Assembly (NCBI GenBank): GCA_965112735.1
Contig: OZ218952.1
Span: forward strand, 3,162,001 to 3,226,000
DNA from: Phaeosaccion multiseriatum
Taxonomy: Eukaryota; Protista; Ochrophyta, other classes
Length of the DNA stretch: 64,000 nt
Reading direction: 5' to 3'
The notes under the pieces are model-generated. The model did no database searches, was not told the origin of the DNA, and saw nothing but the letters and a program-made list of their open reading frames with translations. Shown in pieces: positions 57,894 through 64,000 of this stretch. The translations under genes were made by a program, and so were the position numbers. Position 1 is the stretch's first letter. Every line of letters starts with the position of its first letter.

Positions 57894-60800
57894 ATGGCGG
57901 AGGAGTCTGGAGGGCGGCGGAAGGAGCTGTACACCTATGAGGCTCCTTGGACGATTTACAGCCTGGCATGGAGCCAGAGGGTGGAGCCCGGCTCGCACCA
58001 GTTCAGACTGGCCATCGGCAGCTTAATACAGGAGTACGGAAACAAGATACAGGTGAGGGCGGGGGCGAGGGCGAGGTTGAGAGCACACAAGACAGGCAGA
58101 GCCCTTGGAGGAGAGGAGAGGAAAGGACGCTTCATGATCATGTTGGTCTGGCTGGTCCTTTGGCGGGGGATGGCAGCGGATGTCGAGTAGCGCACTATCA
58201 CCGTCTAGTGTGAGGAATTCGCTTTGTTTGTACCTTCTGTGGTCTCTTCCCTGCTGCTTCTGTTGCCGCTGATGCCCCCCCCCCCCCCCCCACTGCTCTT
58301 ACCATCCCGGTGCGTGTGCGTCCTGCCATAGCTGGTGCACCGGACAGACAACTCGTTCGAGATGATTGGCGAGATTGATCACCCCTACCCCCCTACCAAG
58401 ATCATGTGGGCCCCAGAGAAGGTGCGCTCGTGACTAAGCGCAGGGTCGAGTGGTGTAGGAGAGGGGGGGCATGCACCTCTTGGCATTTAGTACAAAGAGA
58501 GACCTTGTCCTTCTCTTGTGTTTCGTTCCCCTACACCCCCGAACGGTTGACACTGGCTGCAGCGGGGAGGGGTTGTGGGCGGTGCCGCTTCCCCTTCCCC
58601 CTGTCGTTCATTCGCCCCTGCATGTGGAGCCTCTTGCTGAGGACGGACTCTCTCTCTCCAAAAGAGGTCTTCTTGCCCTCCTCAGGACGAACCCAGCCCA
58701 AGCGGATACTCACGCACTCACGCACTCATGCTTTCTCCTAAATTCTCTTATTACGTACTATCCATTCGCTCTCTCGTACGCACACACACGTACATACTCA
58801 CACACACGCGCGCGCACGGACAGGCGGGCGGGGAGAAGGACATCCTGGCAACCACGGGCGATTACTTAAGGTTATGGAGCGTCAGCGATGAGGTGGTGGG
58901 CGGCATCAAGCCGGAGGTGAGGGAGGGAGGTGGCAATGGAGGCAAAGGGATAGAGGAGGTGGCGATGGAGGCAAAGGGATGGAGGAGGTGGCAATGGAGG
59001 CAAAGGGATGGAGGAGGTGGCAATGGAGGCAAAGGGATGGAGGAGGTGGCAATGGGGGCAGGCAAAGGGATAGAGGAGGTGGCAATGGAGGCAAAGGGAT
59101 GGAGGAGGTGGCAATGGAGGCAAAGGGATAGAGGAGGTGGCAATGGAGGCAAAGGGATGGAGGAGGTGGCAATGGAGGCAAAGGGATAGAGGAGGTGGCA
59201 ATGGAGGCAAAGGGATAGAAGAGGTGGCAATGGAGGCAAAGGGATAGAGGAGGTGGCAATGGAGGCAAAGGGATAGAGGAGGTGGCAATGGAGGCAAAGG
59301 GATGGAGGAGGTGCAATGGGGGCAGGCAAAGGGCAAAGGCAGGGTCGGGGGCGTCCAGAGCAACACTCGTACCGCATCCGGTGGTTGCGTGTTTTCGCAT
59401 TGCGTGTGTGTTGAAGCTCACGTCTCTTACTTAACTTACTTGCTTCTTTCCACCAAACGCCGAAACAACGCTTACTCTGCGTCTGCGTCTGTTTGACCAA
59501 CCACTGCGGGGCTTTGTTTGGCTTCCAGGCTGTGCTGAACAACAAGAACAGCGAGTACTGCTCTCCGCTCACGTCCTTCGACTGGAACGAGGCCGACACG
59601 CACGTGCTGGGCACCTCCAGCACCGATACCACTTGCACCATCTGGGACATCAACGTCGGCAAGGCCAAGACACAGCTCATCGCACACGACAAGGAGGTAC
59701 AGCGAGGGTGTGGAGTGGTGGGGTAGTGGGGTGGGATGGACATGCGTATGGACATGTATCTATGCATGTATATATTCATGTGTGGTACTGTGGCCTACAT
59801 CGTGCTAAAGCGTTCATCCCGGAGTTGGGCTTCACTTGTCGCAACCCTCCCTCCCTCCCTCCCTCTCTCTCTCTGCAAACATGCGTGTATCCCCCTCTTC
59901 CTTCCAAAGGTGTACGACCTCGCCTTTGCCCGTGAGAAGGACATTTTCGCCTCCGTAGGCGCCGACGGCAGCGTGCGAATGTTCGACTTGCGCAGTCTCG
60001 AGCACTCCACCATCATCTTCGAGACGCCGGACCTCACCCCGCTGCTGCGCCTGGCGTGGAACAAGCAAGACCCCAACTATCTCGCCACCATCATGAGCGA
60101 CAATAGCAAGACGGTCATCCTGGACAAGAGGGTGCCCTCGTTGCCTGTGGCGGAGCTGGGGGGCCACACTGCGAGTGTCAACGCGGTGGCGTGGGCGCCG
60201 CACTCGTCGTGTCATGTGTGCACGGCGGGAGAGGACAGTCAGGCGCTCATCTGGGATCTCAGCTCCGTGCCAAAACCCGTGGAGGTACGAGGGAGAGAGA
60301 GGGGGGGGGGGGGCACGGGGACGTTGCCTTGGGCTGAAGGTGTGCTGTGCCGTGTGTGCTGTGATGCTCTTTCGGGCACGAGGACTTCCTGGTAAGGGGC
60401 GAGGGAAGCAGGAACGCGCACCCCACCCACACACACACAGACAAATACAGAGAGAGACAGAGAGAGTGAGAGAGAGTTGAGCTGTACTGTGCTCCTCGCT
60501 GAGAAGCCTTCACCCCCCCCCCCCACCCTCCCTTCTCTTCACTAACTCATCCTCTCTCTCTCTCTATGTGTGTGTGTGTCTATGTCTGTCTCACAGGACC
60601 CCATCCTCGCCTACTCGGCTGCGGCCGAGATCAATCAGCTTCAGTGGTACGGCGTCCACCCGGAGTGGATAGCCATCGCCTTCGACAGCAAAATGCAGGT
60701 GAGGTACAGGTGCCATGTGGTGCCGTGTCGTGCCCCGTGCCTCTTTTGTCTCCTGCGCTCCCTCCCTCCAATGCCCTTCCCCACTTCCACGCCGTACATG

Positions 60801-60942
60801 CCTGGGCTCATCAAAGCGATAGTGCGGTTGAGCTTTGTTTTGCTGACGCGCCCTCCCTCTCCTGTCATGTGTGGTTGGTTGTCTTGCTTCCGTCGTTTCC
60901 ACCCCCCCCCCCCCTTCTTCTTCTTAGATTCTGAGGGTTTGA
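57894..60942 (+). CDS. DCAF7: WD40 protein DCAF7/WDR68 (TTG1/AN11/LWD family). Exons 57894-58052, 58332-58421, 58824-58916, 59529-59696, 59910-60284, 60597-60698, 60928-60942
   Basis: [117 protein letters not shown]. Confidence 0.96.
58926..59333 (+). repeat. 29-bp minisatellite, about 14 copies, in DCAF7 intron 3
   Basis: Unit GAGGAGGTGGCAATGGAGGCAAAGGGAT(A/G). Confidence 0.95.
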
Positions 60943-61262
60943 AGCGAGCGAGCAAGCTTGGAGGCATTCGCCACGGCTACCACCGCTCATGCTGCTCGTC
61001 AATGCACCACCCAATATGCGTGTGCGAGGCGACTGGGCGACTGGGCCCCGACACAAAGAAGTGTACAAAGGATAAATGGAAATATAAGATTACTTTTTTT
61101 GTTTTTTTTAGAGGAGAGTAAGGACGCATGGAAATGAAAGAACAAACCGCGGAGAGGGCACATTCTCGAAAGGCGCTCAGTAGGGGCCCTCGAAGAAAGC
61201 ATCTCGTCTGTAGGGCAAAAGGGGGAGGGGGCAAACGGCGGTCCTAACCCCTCTCTCCAGTT

Positions 61263-63086
61263 CTACTTCCTACCAGCGACCCGCATCACCACCCTCCCCG
61301 GGTTGTGTTTGTCGGCCCACACTTCGACCCCTGCTCTTTCCTGCAAGTAGGCCAGCACTGCGGGCTTGAGAACGCTGACGCCGTCCTCACTGCCTCGGCC
61401 TCGGCCTGTGATGACTTTGATCTCAGCCCCCGGCTTCGCCTCTGAGAGCACGTGACGAAGCGCTGCCTTGCTCGTTCCCCTGGTGAAGTCGTGCAAGTCC
61501 ATCTCCTGCCCCCCTTTCTTCCAGTGATTCAAGACCCCTTGCGATATTGCCTCTGCGTACAGCTCGTCAGCAGCCTCCTCGTCTCCTCCCTCCTGCAGAG
61601 CATCAATGGCGGCGTTGTAGCTGATTACGTTGGGAGTGAATCCTTCTGCCTTCATCTCCCTCAGCAAAACCAATGCCTCCATGTGTTGGCTGGCCTTGGC
61701 GCATGCGTTAATGGTGGAGTTGTAGCTGATTGCATTGGGAGTGAGGCCTTCTGCCTTCATCTCCCTCAGTAAACCCAATGCCTCCACGTGTTGGCTGGCC
61801 CTGGCACATGCGTTAATGGTGGAGCTGTAGCTGATTACACTGGGAGCGAGTCCTTCCGCCTTCATCTCCCCCAGTAAATCCATTGCCTCCACGTGTTGGC
61901 TGGCCTTGGCGCATGCGTCAATGGTGGAGCTGTAGCTGATTACACTGGGAGAGAGTCCTTCTGCCTTCATCTCCCTCAGTAAATGCAATGCCTCCACGTG
62001 TTGGCCGGCCTTGGCGCATGCGTCAATGGTGGAGGTGTAGCTGATTTCGTTGGGAGAGAGTCCTTCTGCCTTCATCTCCCTCAGTAAATGCAATGCCTCC
62101 ACGTGTTGGCTGGCCTTGGCGCATGCGTTAATGGTGGAGTTGTAGCTGATTTCATTGGGAGTGAGTCCCTCCGCCTTCATCTCCCTCAGCAAAACCAATG
62201 CCTCCACGTGCTGGCTGGCCTTGGCGCATGCGTTAATGGTGGAGCTGTAGCTGATTACGTCTGGAGTGAGTCCTTCCGTCTTCATCTCCCTCAGCAAAAC
62301 CAATGCCTCCACGTGCTGGCTGGCCCTGGCGCATGCGTTAATGGTGGAGTTGTAGCTGATTTCATTGGGAGTGAGTCCCTCCGCCTTCATCTCCCTCAGT
62401 AAACTCATTGCCTCCAAGTGTTGGTTGGCTCTGGCGCATGCATTAATGGTGGCACTGTAGCTGATTTCATTCGGAGCGAGTCCTTCTGCCTTCATCTCCC
62501 TCAGTAAACTCATTGCCTCCACATGCTGGCCAGCCCTGGCGCATGCATTAATGGCGGCGCTGTAGCTGATTTCATTCGGAGCGAGTCCTTCTGCTTTCAT
62601 TTCCCTCAGTAAACCCATTGCCTCCACGTCTTGGCCAGCCCTGGCGCATGCATTAATGGTGGCACTGTAGCTGATAACGTTTGGCATGAAGCCTTCCTTC
62701 TTCATCTCTGCCAGAAGTGCCAAAGCGCCCTTCCACCTCCCGCACTTCCCAATCGCGGTAATCGCAGCACTCAAACAGTACTGGTTGGGCTTGAGGCCCT
62801 CTCGCCGAGCGCGCTCCAGAGTAGATGCCACCCTCCTCCAATCCTTTCTCGTTCCCAGGTCTTGGATCTCCCTCATAAGCCGTATCTGTCTCGACTTGTT
62901 GCTTCCCCCAGTAGAGTAGCAGGACCATTGCTGCGGCAGCTGCTTCTGCTGATGGAGAGTAGAGTCGGCTCGCCGTTCAGCAGCGGTGCCTCCTTCTGCT
63001 GCGGGTCCTCTCCTATTCCCGGCAATGCAGGAGGAACAGCAGGTTCTGACCACCCCCCTCAACGACATCACTTTCATCATCAGCAT
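61263..63086 (-). CDS. P-class PPR protein with a C-terminal SMR domain, likely organelle-targeted
   Basis: Intronless, first ATG at 63086. About 12 tandem 35-aa repeats (xISYxxTINACAxAxQHVEAxxLLREMKAEGLxPx). SMR motifs MDLHDF...IKVITGRGRGS...LKPAV...NPGRV. Arg-rich N-terminus. Confidence 0.93.
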   Translation of the reverse strand: MLMMKVMSLRGVVRTCCSSCIAGNRRGPAAEGGTAAERRADSTLHQQKQLPQQWSCYSTGGSNKSRQIRLMREIQDLGTRKDWRRVASTLERARREGLKPNQYCLSAAITAIGKCGRWKGALALLAEMKKEGFMPNVISYSATINACARAGQDVEAMGLLREMKAEGLAPNEISYSAAINACARAGQHVEAMSLLREMKAEGLAPNEISYSATINACARANQHLEAMSLLREMKAEGLTPNEISYNSTINACARASQHVEALVLLREMKTEGLTPDVISYSSTINACAKASQHVEALVLLREMKAEGLTPNEISYNSTINACAKASQHVEALHLLREMKAEGLSPNEISYTSTIDACAKAGQHVEALHLLREMKAEGLSPSVISYSSTIDACAKASQHVEAMDLLGEMKAEGLAPSVISYSSTINACARASQHVEALGLLREMKAEGLTPNAISYNSTINACAKASQHMEALVLLREMKAEGFTPNVISYNAAIDALQEGGDEEAADELYAEAISQGVLNHWKKGGQEMDLHDFTRGTSKAALRHVLSEAKPGAEIKVITGRGRGSEDGVSVLKPAVLAYLQERAGVEVWADKHNPGRVVMRVAGRK

Positions 63087-63466
63087 TTTATCCGGGATGG
63101 GGGGCACCCTCTTATTCTCTTAGTGCAGGGGGGAGAGGGAAGGGGAGATGGGATGTAAAAGGGAAGGAAATAATAAGTGGGAGATGGGAAAAAAGGAAAA
63201 AAGAAAAAAGCAATCCCACCGCCAGCTGTGAGTTTGGATGGAGGATCAACACGTGAGCAATTCCCCCCCAGTTTTCCAACTCATTGACTACTTCCCGGCT
63301 GTTCTCGAGCTGCCACCACGACGCACCGCCAGGAGAGCATATTGTTCTCCACTTCCTCCCCTGCGCTGGCTGCCGGTAGGCTTGTAGCGCAAAACTCAGG
63401 CACATTGCAATCTCGAATCGGACATTCACCCGACAGAAGAGGGGGAGGAAGGACCTCCTTGTCACG

Positions 63467-64000
63467 ATGGGGAACAATGGGAGCATGCAGGAGCGGCTGT
63501 ATCTGCTTCTCCCGGTAATCATGTTCTCCAAGAATGTGGACTGGTCTGAGCCGGCAGTGCTACGGACCATTCGGACGGCGTATGCGGTAGAGCAGGTGGT
63601 CATCCTCTGGCTTGGAGTGTACTTCTTGTGGCGGATAAACAAGTCGAGGGAGGGGGGGGGTGAAGGGCGTGCCGATGGGGCTGATACGCGGGTGATTTTT
63701 GTCCCCGCGACCGATGCTCTGAGCAGCTTCAAGCCGCCCCCACCCGAGGAGTCCCGTGTGTACAGGCCCACGACGTACTTCGAGCACGAGATGCAGGAGG
63801 CGCTGTCCAACCTGCGCAGCACCTTCATTGCGGCCGTCATCTCCCTGACCGTGCACGTGCTGTTCAAGTTCAACCCCGTGCTGCTGATCCAGGTGTTCCT
63901 CACCCCTTACAACCTGGCCGACGCCCCTCTCATGAGGAAGTACATCTTCGGGCTTAGGGAAGGCGTGCGAGTGTGGGGAGAAATGTTCAGCGGAGAAATC
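63467..64000 (+). CDS. Pho88/Snd3-family ER membrane protein, 3'-partial
   Basis: Translated by hand from ATG 63467, open to the window edge: ...SKNVDWSEPAVLRTIRTAY...TTYFEHEMQEALSNLRSTFIAAVISLTVHVLFKFNPVLLIQVFLTPYNLADAPLMRKYIFG... This matches the Pho88 family layout. Confidence 0.75.
   Translation, partial: MGNNGSMQERLYLLLPVIMFSKNVDWSEPAVLRTIRTAYAVEQVVILWLGVYFLWRINKSREGGGEGRADGADTRVIFVPATDALSSFKPPPPEESRVYRPTTYFEHEMQEALSNLRSTFIAAVISLTVHVLFKFNPVLLIQVFLTPYNLADAPLMRKYIFGLREGVRVWGEMFSGEI

Noticed and set aside
57352-57934. Extra gene or coding 5' exons between Spinster and DCAF7
   Set aside because: The candidate exon from ATG 57775 (minus) meets a stop at the nearest acceptors; the poly-Glu/poly-Pro frames derive from a (GAG)n tract.
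63112-63903. 263-aa minus-strand ORF
   Set aside because: It is the antisense of the Pho88/Snd3-like gene on the + strand.

Overview
Gene-dense, GC-rich nuclear DNA of a eukaryote, most likely a photosynthetic stramenopile (ochrophyte), judged from the 18S/5.8S sequence, signal peptide plus ASAF-type plastid presequences, and GT-AG introns packed with microsatellites. About 15 protein genes can be reconstructed, mostly in tight head-to-head pairs. They include LRRC71-like, plastid DEAD-box RH50-like, a plastid methyltransferase, an expanded FANCI, a giant secreted kelch/Cys-rich/Calx-beta protein, Sec66-like, Spinster-type MFS, DCAF7, PPR-SMR and Pho88/Snd3-like. One complete, non-tandem 18S-5.8S-28S rDNA unit (minus strand) sits among these genes. 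Most notable: (1) an array of GC-rich hairpin plus U-tract modules downstream of the 28S that look like intrinsic terminators and show compensatory changes; (2) an integrin-beta-like I/hybrid module fused with a kelch propeller in one secreted chain; (3) a PPR-SMR protein with near-identical 105-bp repeats; (4) a 448-bp MITE with 30-bp perfect TIRs and a 6-bp TSD; (5) a truncated CRE-like retrotransposon end beside the rDNA. All protein family calls come from recognising motifs by eye, not from database searches. Most short ORFs in the track are artefacts of simple repeats or antisense frames.
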